A program made the position numbers and the translations under genes. DNA of 63,926 nucleotides, filler included, from Stramenopiles sp. TOSAG23-3 (taxonomy: Eukaryota), in the NCBI GenBank assembly GCA_900128585.1. It is 13 parts of 13 records of this genome, joined end to end, with 100 filler letters (N's around TTAATTAATTAA, not from the genome) between each part and the next. Parts side by side here need not be neighbours in the genome. Positions count along the whole stretch, not along the records: positions 18,259 to 24,237 come from LT643405.1; positions 24,338 to 30,313 come from LT643406.1; positions 30,414 to 36,387 come from LT643407.1; 10 more parts are not named here. The stretch is one strand, 5' to 3'. Position 1 is the stretch's first letter. Each line of letters opens with the position of its first letter. The notes beneath the pieces are model-generated. The model saw only the letters and a list, made by a program, of their open reading frames with translations. It was not told where the DNA came from and made no database searches. Below are positions 22,627 through 32,943 of the stretch, piece by piece.

Positions 22627-24066
22627 ATGTCGTCTGCTGCAAAGAAAAAAATTGATGAAGAACAATGTACTGGTTATTTTTCTGAGAATGCGCGGTCTGC
22701 TGCAAAGAAAAAAAGGGATGAAAAACAATGTGCTGGTTATTTTTCTGAGAATGCGCGGGGAAATGTCTGCGACAGGCTTGAAAATACAGAATACTTGCAG
22801 CACTCCTCCGAGAATTTCTGGCACGGTCGGGCTTATACAGGGCCTCCTAAGAAACCCATGTGTACTTGGGAATCCAATAAACCCCCGAGGGACGATCACG
22901 GCGCCCCAATATGGTTGAAAGCGTCTGAATTTGAAGATGATAAAACGATTATTGATTGGAAATGTGAACAACTTGCCCAGCTGATGAAACTTTCCAAAAA
23001 GACTGTTTTATACACGGGCGCTGGTATATCTGCGTCGGTTGTTGGCCAAGCCGCCAGATCAGGCCAGAACACAGTCGGTTGGAAAACAGGAGATAAACGA
23101 TTGGTTAAGCCAACATTTACTCATTTTGCGCTAGCACATATGGCAAGAGTGGGGTACATTGATTCTTGGGTTCAACAAAACCACGACGGGTTGCCGCAAA
23201 AAGCTGGTTATCCCCAAGAGAATATTAATGAAATTCATGGAAGTTGGTTCAACCCTGGGAACCCCGTCGTAAAGTATTCTGGTAGTCTCCACGACAGAAC
23301 CTGGCCGTGGATGATGGAGGCAGCAGAAACTGCTGATTTAGTTATTGTCATCGGCACGTCCTTGAGTGGTCTCTCTGCCGACTGTGTTGCCACCAAAACG
23401 GCAGAACGCTCGCGTTACGGCGCAAGCCTTGGAACTGTTTGCATAAATTTGCAACAAACTGCCGTGGATGGACATATGTCTCTGCGCCTTTTTGGGAAGA
23501 GTGATGATGTGCTGAGAAAGCTTGCCCACAAGTTGGGACTTGGAAGCGTTCCTACAACGGTGCCTAGTTATTCCAGTGAACGTGCTGTTCCGGTTCCTTA
23601 CGATAAGGATGGAATACGATTGCCGCCCGGGTCGAAAGAGCCGAAAATGTACCTTGATTTTTCCGACGGAGCAAAGATAAAGCTTGCACCTGGACACAAC
23701 ATACAAGGTGCCCGGCAGCCGTGTTACATGCACATTGGGGCTAAAATGAAAACAAAATACAGAGGCGTAATGCGAGAGCCTGGAGATGGGACTGGCCGTG
23801 TCGCGCGACGTGAATTGTACTCGTACGTGCTTTTGATCAACTATGCACAGATGCACCTTGGAGTTTGGTGGTTGGACGCTGCGAAACGCGGAGCGCTTGA
23901 AGCCATTCCTGTGGTAAATCTTTATCCAGTTTTCGAAAATTCTGGGAAAAAATCCAAAAACATAGGCAATAAGAGTAAGGCTCAACAGCGTAAACATCAT
24001 GGTCCAACGCCAACGTATCGGCAGTTACTCGAAAAGAGAAGGAAACAAGCCAGGAAAAGCAAGTGA
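22627..24066 (+). CDS. Sirtuin-family (SIRT6/7-like) protein lacking the zinc-binding subdomain
   Basis: YTGAGISAS, KPTFTH, QQNHDGL, EIHG, ADLVIVIGTSL and CINLQQT motifs; no CxxC pairs after the catalytic His. Confidence 0.88.
   Translation: MSSAAKKKIDEEQCTGYFSENARSAAKKKRDEKQCAGYFSENARGNVCDRLENTEYLQHSSENFWHGRAYTGPPKKPMCTWESNKPPRDDHGAPIWLKASEFEDDKTIIDWKCEQLAQLMKLSKKTVLYTGAGISASVVGQAARSGQNTVGWKTGDKRLVKPTFTHFALAHMARVGYIDSWVQQNHDGLPQKAGYPQENINEIHGSWFNPGNPVVKYSGSLHDRTWPWMMEAAETADLVIVIGTSLSGLSADCVATKTAERSRYGASLGTVCINLQQTAVDGHMSLRLFGKSDDVLRKLAHKLGLGSVPTTVPSYSSERAVPVPYDKDGIRLPPGSKEPKMYLDFSDGAKIKLAPGHNIQGARQPCYMHIGAKMKTKYRGVMREPGDGTGRVARRELYSYVLLINYAQMHLGVWWLDAAKRGALEAIPVVNLYPVFENSGKKSKNIGNKSKAQQRKHHGPTPTYRQLLEKRRKQARKSK
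22633..22758 (+). repeat. 63-bp in-frame tandem duplication at the sirtuin N-terminus
   Basis: SAAKKKIDEEQCTGYFSENAR / SAAKKKRDEKQCAGYFSENAR. Confidence 0.95.
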
Positions 24067-24337
24067 AAAAAGTATTTTTTAAGTTTTTTTTAAAAAGTAA
24101 TTATATTGAAATTAAAACTTTTCATACACAAAACAAGAAAATTCATACACATCATATGAAAAACAAATTATATATAGTATGTTTTAAGTCAAAAAAGAAA
24201 AGAAAAAAGAAGGTAAAACCGTTCAAGAACCCAAACTNNNNNNNNNNNNNNNNNNNNNNNNNNNNNNNNNNNNNNNNNNNNTTAATTAATTAANNNNNNN
24301 NNNNNNNNNNNNNNNNNNNNNNNNNNNNNNNNNNNNN

Positions 24338-24416
24338 ATATTTGAGCACAAGTTTTTTCCGAATATCAGAACTGGGTGGCTTGTTTGTTTATTTACCGAA
24401 ATTTAATTATTTGGCA
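24338..24416. repeat. 79-bp perfect inverted repeat with 30235-30313 (both ends of contig 5)
   Basis: ATATTTGAGCAC...TTTGGCA is the exact reverse complement of TGCCAAA...GTGCTCAAATAT. Confidence 0.95.
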
Positions 24417-25890
24417 TGATTCGTTGTAGTAGTAGGTAGTATTTAATAATGTAGTAGCAGCATCATCCTCAGCATCATTACATAATACCGAAGAAGGAGA
24501 TAAATAAAATCTGCTGCTGCTGCTGTGGATGTGGATGTGGATGGGATTATTTATTATTATTTATTTAGTCTAATAATTGTCATCTATCTACGGTATCCTA
24601 TACAAGAAGAAAAAATATTATATAAATAAACAACAACACAACACTCCACTATTACTAGACTAGTATCCTGACATCATCCTGACTGACTTATTAAGAAATA
24701 CCAAGTAAGAATAAAATATCCAAAAAAAAAGTACATACAGTAGAATAGTACCGTGCCGTATTAATACCATACCGAAATAGTCGTCAACTATAATAAAAAA
24801 GAGAAGGTTTTTAATTTTTAATAGTCTAGTCGTTCTACTAGATATATACGAATACTGCTGTAATAACAATATTATTATTTTATTATTGCTATAGATTTAA
24901 ACTAAAAAGAGCTTAGACTAGAGGTAGAACAAGACAAAAAATATCAAATGGGAAAAAAAGGACGACTGCTTAGAACGACTAGTCTCCTCGTAGATAGATA
25001 GGTTGGAGTAGAATGTACAATACGTATATTATATAGTTATGTAATAAAATAATAAAAGGGAGGGGTGGGTGGTTTGAATCTAATTAAAATATAGAGTTTT
25101 TTATGAATCAGCAGCATGCAATGCAATGCAATATTTCATTCGTCCTCTTCTCTCTCTCTAATCTCAGTTCACTTCACAGCTCTCTCATCTCATCTCAGCT
25201 CAGCACTACCTCCTCGTACGGTACCTACCTACCTACCTAATAATAATACCACCAAATAAAAAAGACAATGACAAAACCACTTATTATTGTATTATTAGTC
25301 TAATAAATTACTAAAACTAATAATTACTAAAACTAAAACTAAAACTAAAACTAAAATTATCAACTTGAAACAAATAATAAAACAACAACAGGCCAATACT
25401 ACCGAACAGTACTATCTCCTATTCTTCGTTCTAATAATGTAGTCTAATATAATAATAATACTAAAATGGTTCAAGAAAAATTAAAATAAAAAAATAAAGA
25501 AGCTATTAGTCTATAATATTTCTACTACTTTTTTAATGCGCCTTTGTATTTAAACATTGTATTCCTATGTAATATTATAATACTTACTTTTTTTTTTACT
25601 TCAATATTTTTATTATTATTATTTTTTATATTACTTCTTCGTATCATCATATTTTAACATTTTTTGTTGTTGTTGTTGTTGTTGGGATAGTAGTACGCCA
25701 CAAAAATAGTCAGGCAGGTCGGTCTAATAAAATTGATTATCTCAACTACTTTTACATTTTACTGTATCGGTGATAATAATACTGAACAATTGGAAGCTTG
25801 AATGAAATGAAAACATTCTTATCGTCTGAAACATACATTGGTATTACACATTAGATTGCATTATCTTAGTTTTTAACTTTTATTTTTAGG

Positions 25891-26329
25891 ATGTTTACCC
25901 AACGCACTGCTCTTTTGGCGTTCGCGCTTTGTTCGTTTGTTTCAGTGGGTCTGGCGCACGACTTCACGGTTTGCGATGGCATTACTGATGACTTGAAAAT
26001 TACCGCCGTTGACTTGTCTCCCGATCCACCAGCAGCTGGGAAGTCTCTTACCGTCAAAGCCGTTGTCGTTTGACATTTGCACCGACTTTGGAGTTAAGTG
26101 CCCCGTTGCCGCTGGCGACAGCTGGGACGGCCAAATTTCCTACCCTATTCCAAGTGTTGCCCCAAAAGGCTTGAAGTTGTCCCTTAAGGTCGACATTACC
26201 GACGAAAAGAACCAGGAACTGTCTTGCTTTAAGATCGAAACAGCTCTTGGAAGCCAAAGCTGGTTCGACCGTATTGGCTCCTCTCTCTCCCGCCGCTTGG
26301 CTGCTTTCTCCATGTACCTAGGTCAATAG
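25891..26329 (+). CDS. ML-domain (NPC2/PG-PI transfer protein-like) secreted lipid-binding protein, broken by frameshift/deletion near 26065
   Basis: Signal peptide plus FTVC...LKITAVDLSPDPPAAGKSLTVKA in one frame, then SFDICTDFGVKCPV...IPSVAP...ELSCF in the +1 frame. The central strands of the ML fold appear to be missing. Confidence 0.8.
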
Positions 26330-26540
26330 GTCATGCACAGAGCTTCCTCCTTTAATTCCGTAAAGAGTATCCGCGTAAATTAATCTTAGGAATTTGTATT
26401 CGGCGAATTATACAGTTACTTCTTGTTTGTTAAGAACCTTGTAAGTTTGAAAAACAAAATTCGTAAGAAGTTTATTGCTCTAATATTTTTCACCATGCTC
26501 TTACCAAGTAGAACTTAAGAAATCTTATATGATAACTACC

Positions 26541-28121
26541 TTAGATACTGGCCGCACCAGCATACGCTTCTTCCTCTGACTTTATATCAAAATTACGACG
26601 GCCAGCCGTGTCCGCAGGAACACCAGCCGCAGAATACTTGCAAAGTTCGACCATCAGCATTGCGTCTTCATCCCCCCCATCGGCAGCGCCCTTCGACCCT
26701 TCCTCCACCACATCCTTACCTGCAGTCTCTACTGACAGGAACAGGCTACAAATTGCCCCGCACGCGTAGAGTCCACCAAAAACAGTGGTAACGTGGATGA
26801 ACGAGTACTTCATCAAGGCGGCTGCTAAATATGGCGCTACGACTGGCGCAAAACGGTGAACAGTACTGCACATAGCGAGCCCGTTGACCCGAAACGAGGT
26901 GGGAAACACTTCTGGGGTGTAAGTATACAGCACGGCTGTGGCCTGCGACGTCGACTTCAGCACTGGCAAAACGATCAGTATCGCATTCACGGCGGTAATG
27001 TGGCCTAGCACGACAGTGCCGATGCCAGCTGCAAGCAGCAGGGACATCAGGAGCACACGACGGCCAAAGTTAAAAGCGAACGCAATTGAAATGTACAGTG
27101 TACCAAGTGCATCCCCGAGAGACATGAAGAATGCTGCGAGGTAAGCGTTGTGCATGGGGTCTTTGCCCCCCCCGGTCAGAGTTGTGCTCTCGGCAATGTA
27201 CAACGGCACCCACGAGAAAATGTTCCCCCCGAATGCGTTAAAAAACCAGCACAGCAGCAACGGAATAAGCGTTTTCAGAATATTCGGGTCGCTCAACTGC
27301 TTCGCGAAAGTATCCTGCGAGACGTTCTTCTTGTTTTGGTTGGGCGTGGTCATGTTCTCGACTGTTGGTGTCAGCTCTTCCGTCAAGTCTACCTTGTTGT
27401 ACTTGGAAATCTCCAGCAAGCAGTTGACGCACTCTTTGATCTGGCCCGAATGCAGAAAATAGCGAGGCGACTCCGGGGTAGTCACCAGAAGAATCAATGC
27501 TGGAATGATGGGCGTGATTGTAAGCATCAGCATGCGCCTCCACCCTAACAGTGGAATCAAGTACATCCCAAGGGCGACGCAGACCATCCCCCCTACACCG
27601 AAAAAAAACGCAACAATGGTCAATGCAATGCCACGAACGTTCTTTGGCAAAAATTCGCAAAGGTACGTCGTGGAGATGACGATGTTGCCGCCGTACCCGA
27701 CTCCCAGCATAAGCTGCAGGGCAGCCATAACAGGCATAGACGCTGCGAATGCGCTCGCAAACCCAAATACTAAAATGATCAACAAACAGATCAGCATGGA
27801 GGGTTTGCGACCAATAATATCACTACTCTTTCCTAACAAAACGGCACCTATAAGCATTCCAACACTAATGGCGGACCCCAAAAGTGCTAACTGGGCGTTG
27901 TCGACCTTCCACTCCTTCTTCAACAGCGGAAACAGCAGCGGGATAAGCGCCGTGACCATCGCTTCGATAAAGTTTACTAGGGCGCAGAGGGTGAACAGCT
28001 TCGTCTGTGTCTTTCCGAACCCACAATGGTTCAGGACACCATCTAAAATCTGCCACGGCCCCTTTTTACCACCCAGCAGCGGGGCGTTGTCCCCCTCGTC
28101 GTCTACAAAACCACCCCCCAT
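26541..28121 (-). CDS. MFS transporter, SV2/SVOP-like sugar-porter-related
   Basis: About 12 hydrophobic helices; SDIIGRK motif A, EFLPKNVRG, PESPRY, YTPEVFPTSFR, VET. Confidence 0.93.
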   Translation of the reverse strand: MGGGFVDDEGDNAPLLGGKKGPWQILDGVLNHCGFGKTQTKLFTLCALVNFIEAMVTALIPLLFPLLKKEWKVDNAQLALLGSAISVGMLIGAVLLGKSSDIIGRKPSMLICLLIILVFGFASAFAASMPVMAALQLMLGVGYGGNIVISTTYLCEFLPKNVRGIALTIVAFFFGVGGMVCVALGMYLIPLLGWRRMLMLTITPIIPALILLVTTPESPRYFLHSGQIKECVNCLLEISKYNKVDLTEELTPTVENMTTPNQNKKNVSQDTFAKQLSDPNILKTLIPLLLCWFFNAFGGNIFSWVPLYIAESTTLTGGGKDPMHNAYLAAFFMSLGDALGTLYISIAFAFNFGRRVLLMSLLLAAGIGTVVLGHITAVNAILIVLPVLKSTSQATAVLYTYTPEVFPTSFRVNGLAMCSTVHRFAPVVAPYLAAALMKYSFIHVTTVFGGLYACGAICSLFLSVETAGKDVVEEGSKGAADGGDEDAMLMVELCKYSAAGVPADTAGRRNFDIKSEEEAYAGAASI

Positions 28122-28859
28122 GTGGAAGCGCCGGTCTACGTTAGTGTCGTGCGAAAGTATACAACAACAAGGCCTTTTACAATAATAGCAAGGCCCAACG
28201 GTTCAGAATCAATTGCTCTCAAAAACACTAATACGCTGCAATGATTAGGATACGATCTTTCAACGAATGGTCGAAAACATTCACATCGCACTATTTCCAT
28301 CTACATAGTCGTGTAAGTGTATAATACCGTGTATCGTATATAAGAGCTCTCAACTTTTTTAATTAAACTATCGTTCTAACTCGTCGTCGTAACCGTACAA
28401 ATGGTGAAGAATATTATTTTCTAATAAAAAAATGAGATGATGACAACAACAACAACAAACAAAGCCTCTCCCATTCTTCTTCTTCTTCTATCTATCTTCG
28501 TTCGCATAATTATTAAAATTAATAATTTTAGAATTTTCATCCTATTTCAGTATTATTAATATTGATACCATCGTAGTATGTATATTATAGTATTCTTATT
28601 CATTTTTTCCTATTTTGTTTTCTTCTTCTTTAACTACTACACGAATTCTTCCCCTTCTTTTCTTTTGCTATTTTGTTCCTTTTTTAAATAGGTTTCTCCT
28701 CCTTCTTCTTCCCGCAGTCTTGTTTTGGTGTTATTACGCTATTAATATTTTTTAGTATAATTATTATAGGATTTTTTCTATTTTTTTAACGTAAATCATA
28801 AGAAAATTTTTCGACCTTTTAACTAATCAAGTAATTCAAGCGGAAAAAATAGAGATGAA

Positions 28860-30182
28860 TTACTTTTTTCGTGGCTTCGAGACTCGACTTCTGTTCTTGT
28901 TCAGCAGTTCGACGGCTTCTTTCTGATTGCTTGCATTCTCAAGCCTATTTTCAGTTTTCCATGGCTTTCGCTTCGCGCGAGCCCGCAGGACTTTGATGGC
29001 TTCAAACTCCTCTTCCCGTCGAACCCAATCTGCATTTTCACGGTTTTGCAGAAATGAATCTTCCAGGTACCCCTCTAACTTCTTCACTATATGTTCTTCC
29101 TTTCCACTTGGGTCTATGATCGTATGGCCAGATCGCAACTCCAAGTAACCATCGTGCCGCAGTGGAATGTGTTGATCTTCCAGAACAATCCCAGATTCTT
29201 TGTCCTGAACTTCGTACTCAGCTGACCGATTCCCGTGTAGGCGGAGGACAACAAGGTTTGGCAGCATGTTGACGCAATGTGGAATCTTCGAAAAGTGGTT
29301 GTGACTTAGTCCCAGCTGTTGCAACGTCGGCGCTAATCGGGACATCGTGTCGGGCAAATCCGACAATCTATTGTAATCCAAGTCAAGCTCAATCAGATTC
29401 TTCAAGTACTTGATGCTGCCCGGCACATTTTCTATGTTGTTGCCACTGAGCCCGACTCTGATTAGCCCAGGCAGCCGGATAATTTCCGACGGAAACATGG
29501 GGAAAGCATTATCGCTAAGTCTGATTTCCTGGAGCCTTTCTAGCTTGACGATTTCCACAGGAAGACCGGTAAGCTTGTTGCCGTCCAATAAGAGCCGCTC
29601 CAGGAGCCTGAGACTCCCAACCTCAGGCGGAATGGACGAAAGGTGGTTGTGCGACAAGCATAACGTCGTCAAGAACGGCAGCTCTGCAATCTGAAACGAG
29701 AGAGCAGTGATTAAGTTTCTTGAGAGCCACAATTGCCTCAACTTCGACTGTTCCTTCTGTGCTGGTAAAGTAACGGCAGAGTTTTCTTCGGAGACCGTCT
29801 CTTTCTCCTCCACTTTGGCCTCGGCAACTACGGACAATATACTTGACGTGTCCCCAAGCGCGAACGTAGAAAATACGATAGAAGGGACAGCCGCGAAATC
29901 GAAACAAAAATTGGGAGAGGCACTTAAGTCAAGAATACCTGACTTTTTTGCCAAACCCACACGACGATTAACCTTCTGCTCTAACCTTTTTTTCCCTGCT
30001 TTAGTTTGTTTTCTATCTTTTCCACCAGGCGTCTTTGGGTTTGCACTTCCTGGCTTGCTACTCGCGGTCCCGGGCTTGCTGTTTGGGTTTGCAGTCCCCG
30101 GCTTGCTTTTTGGGTTTGCAGTCCCTGGCTTGCTACTCGCAGTCCCTGGGGTGGTGCCCGAGGCGGACTGGTTCGCGCTCAT
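28860..30182 (-). CDS. Leucine-rich repeat protein (SHOC2/LAP-type LRRs) with N-terminal KPGTA repeats
   Basis: About eight 23-aa LxxLxLxxNxLxxLP repeats; KPGTANP/KPGTASS repeats at about 30030-30150. Confidence 0.88.
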   Translation of the reverse strand: MSANQSASGTTPGTASSKPGTANPKSKPGTANPNSKPGTASSKPGSANPKTPGGKDRKQTKAGKKRLEQKVNRRVGLAKKSGILDLSASPNFCFDFAAVPSIVFSTFALGDTSSILSVVAEAKVEEKETVSEENSAVTLPAQKEQSKLRQLWLSRNLITALSFQIAELPFLTTLCLSHNHLSSIPPEVGSLRLLERLLLDGNKLTGLPVEIVKLERLQEIRLSDNAFPMFPSEIIRLPGLIRVGLSGNNIENVPGSIKYLKNLIELDLDYNRLSDLPDTMSRLAPTLQQLGLSHNHFSKIPHCVNMLPNLVVLRLHGNRSAEYEVQDKESGIVLEDQHIPLRHDGYLELRSGHTIIDPSGKEEHIVKKLEGYLEDSFLQNRENADWVRREEEFEAIKVLRARAKRKPWKTENRLENASNQKEAVELLNKNRSRVSKPRKK

Positions 30183-30414
30183 GATCAATCACGCTGGCCT
30201 TCAAACTTGATACTCGGTTGCGGAAACTTCTCACTGCCAAATAATTAAATTTCGGTAAATAAACAAACAAGCCACCCAGTTCTGATATTCGGAAAAAACT
30301 TGTGCTCAAATATNNNNNNNNNNNNNNNNNNNNNNNNNNNNNNNNNNNNNNNNNNNNTTAATTAATTAANNNNNNNNNNNNNNNNNNNNNNNNNNNNNNN
30401 NNNNNNNNNNNNNT

Positions 30415-32316
30415 GAGCGCGAAGAATTGCTCATTGTCCGGGAGGCCGTTCATGCGATCACGCACTTTCAAGAGCTCGAGGAGCAAATGGCTCTTCGGGT
30501 GCAGGCTGCATGGAGGGGCAAAAATGGTCGTTTGGCGTACCAGATGAAAATGCACGCGAAGCGAGAACTTGAGGCAGAGCAATTGGCTGCTACTCTGAAG
30601 ATGCAGCGCCTTTTTCGTGGCCATACGGGTAGAAAATTATTTTTGAAACGGAAAGAGCAAAAAGTAAAAGACGATTTGAAGGCCAAATACGTAAGAGAAC
30701 GACAAAGGGAATTGGATCGAGAGCGCTGGTACCGTGAAGCCGAAGAAGTAGCTCTTCGAGAAAGCATGATGGAAAAAAAACGGGCCGAAAGCGAAATAGA
30801 AAACGCGCGTTTGCGGATGGAAAAAGCCAAGCTGGAAGCAGAGCAAGCCAAGTACGAAGCCGACCAAAAGCGATTACACGCTGAGGCCATGGGGTGGGGC
30901 CCCGGTGGCAGTGGCGACCAAGCAGCACACCCCAGCGGTTGGATGATGGTCCCAGATCAGGACAACAACATCTACTACTACAACGTCAAAACAGGAGCGA
31001 GCCAATGGGAAAGACCTGCAGAACTGGGAGGAGCTGAAGCCACGAACGAAGATGACGCATGGATAGAGCTTCCATCCGGCGACGGAAAAGTGTATTGGTA
31101 CAATACCATAACCCATGCGTCGACGTGGGATGATCCCAACGCTGCCAACGATCGGATTCCGAAATTCCAACCAACCTTTTGCGACTGTGATGCCTGCGAT
31201 GGGAAAGAAACACGGGCCGTCAGAGAATGTCAAGACTGTAAAAAGAACTTTTGTCTAGCATGTTACATTGAGTTTCACAGGACCAAACGACGTGCCGAAC
31301 ATGCATGGGAACCCGTGCTTCAACCATCTGACATCACGCTTACGTGCAGCAATTGCCCAGGAGTGGCTGAGCGGTTTTGTGAAGACTGCGACAAGAACTT
31401 TTGCGAAAACTGTTACTTGTGGGATCATAGCGAAGGCATCAAAAGCCAACATGAATCGAAAGCGTTTATACGCGGGGCGCCCATTTGTATAGAATGCGAA
31501 AATAGAATTGCAGAAGTTCAGTGCGTCGAATGCAGCGACGTTTTCTGTAAATCGTGCTACAAAAAGCAACACCGTTCTGGAACAAAACGAAACCACACTT
31601 CGAAACCAGTCCAAGTCTTCAAAGAAAACTGCGCAGAAAATGAAGAATATTGCATATCTTGTGAAATTCGAGTTGCTGATCGTGCCTGCGATAGTTGTGG
31701 CGATCCTTATTGTAAAAAGTGCTTCGAAGCTGATCATAGCAAGGGATTCCGCAGCGAACACACGTGGACCCCATGGGATAAGCTAACTGGTGGCAGAGAC
31801 TGGGTTGAAATCAACGATGAAGAAAGCGGCCGCGTTTTATATTTCAATATCAAGACGAGGCAAACCACCGAGAAGAAACCTCTGGGTTTAATGTCTGGCA
31901 AAGAGCGGGCCTCTGTGAAAAAACGGCAAGCCGCCGAGCGAGAAATGAAAGTTCGTCTAGAAAAAGAAGCCGAGCTCCTGGGATTGAGAGAAAAGATGCA
32001 AGAAATGGAGAAGTTGGCACAGGAGCAAGAAGAACAAATTAGTGAACTAGCCCGAGCCAGGGCTCCAGAGGAAGAAAAAAAGAAAGGTTGGTTTCGTCGT
32101 GGAAAGAGCAAATCGCAAAAGAAGAAAGACGCAAAACTGAAGAAAGGGAAAATGAAAGACTTCCTAAAAGACAGACTAATTACCGCGGAGAGACAGAAAG
32201 AACTAGACGATGAGAAGAACAGTTTTGGTAGCGAGTTGTACGAGCGAAACGTTCTTGACAGTTTAAGTATTTCAATGCCAGAAACTGAAAAGAAAGGGGA
32301 AAAGAGAAGGCGATGA
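30415..32316 (+). CDS. IQ-motif, WW-domain and tandem B-box zinc-finger protein, 5' partial
   Basis: IQ motifs VQAAWRG and MQRLFRG; three WW domains (IYYYNVKTGASQWERP, VYWYNTITHASTWDDP, LYFNIKTRQTTEKKP); four B-boxes CxxC...CxxC...H...H. Confidence 0.9.
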   Translation, partial: EREELLIVREAVHAITHFQELEEQMALRVQAAWRGKNGRLAYQMKMHAKRELEAEQLAATLKMQRLFRGHTGRKLFLKRKEQKVKDDLKAKYVRERQRELDRERWYREAEEVALRESMMEKKRAESEIENARLRMEKAKLEAEQAKYEADQKRLHAEAMGWGPGGSGDQAAHPSGWMMVPDQDNNIYYYNVKTGASQWERPAELGGAEATNEDDAWIELPSGDGKVYWYNTITHASTWDDPNAANDRIPKFQPTFCDCDACDGKETRAVRECQDCKKNFCLACYIEFHRTKRRAEHAWEPVLQPSDITLTCSNCPGVAERFCEDCDKNFCENCYLWDHSEGIKSQHESKAFIRGAPICIECENRIAEVQCVECSDVFCKSCYKKQHRSGTKRNHTSKPVQVFKENCAENEEYCISCEIRVADRACDSCGDPYCKKCFEADHSKGFRSEHTWTPWDKLTGGRDWVEINDEESGRVLYFNIKTRQTTEKKPLGLMSGKERASVKKRQAAEREMKVRLEKEAELLGLREKMQEMEKLAQEQEEQISELARARAPEEEKKKGWFRRGKSKSQKKKDAKLKKGKMKDFLKDRLITAERQKELDDEKNSFGSELYERNVLDSLSISMPETEKKGEKRRR

Positions 32317-32943
32317 TGAAAAGCAACACTGATATACATTGTATTATATATATTTAAGGCAAATATAACCCTAATTACAACATTATCTTCTCGACCGTTA
32401 GATCGTTAGATCCCATAATACTTTTTTTATAATTATATTCTAATGTTGTGTATATGTTAGAAGGCGTCAATCATCAAAAATTATTTTTTTTCTTGCTATT
32501 GGACTTTTTATTGGTGTTGTTATATATATGATGATGACTTTTTTACCATGATGTGTAGTATTATATGGTGTAATAATTTTATAGAGTTGTTGTGGGTTAA
32601 TAATTATTTAAAAAAAAAGAAGAAGAAGAAGAACAACAACAACAACAACAAAAAAACAAAAAACCTTGCTTGGTACAACAACTGAAGAAAAAAACGAAGA
32701 AGAAGAGCGCTGTTTGTAATTCCATCCACATAATACATTGTTTCACGACGATCAAAAAAATTAAGACTGAGTTGGCAATGGCTAAGTATCAAACACCTAA
32801 ACTGAAAAAACTCGTGAAAGAACCTGGGAAGTTTGTAAATTGTACCAAAAATTGCAACCACGGAAACGGAAAAAATCTTCAAGTGGTAGAATATGTCACT
32901 TGGACCATCTTTACGGAAAAATTACATTAATGTGAAAGCTCGA

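Noticed and set aside
24338-30313. Contig 5 as a TIR transposon or Polinton
   Set aside because: Cargo is ML, MFS and LRR housekeeping-type genes; no transposase, integrase, polymerase or capsid; the IR length equals that on contig 10.
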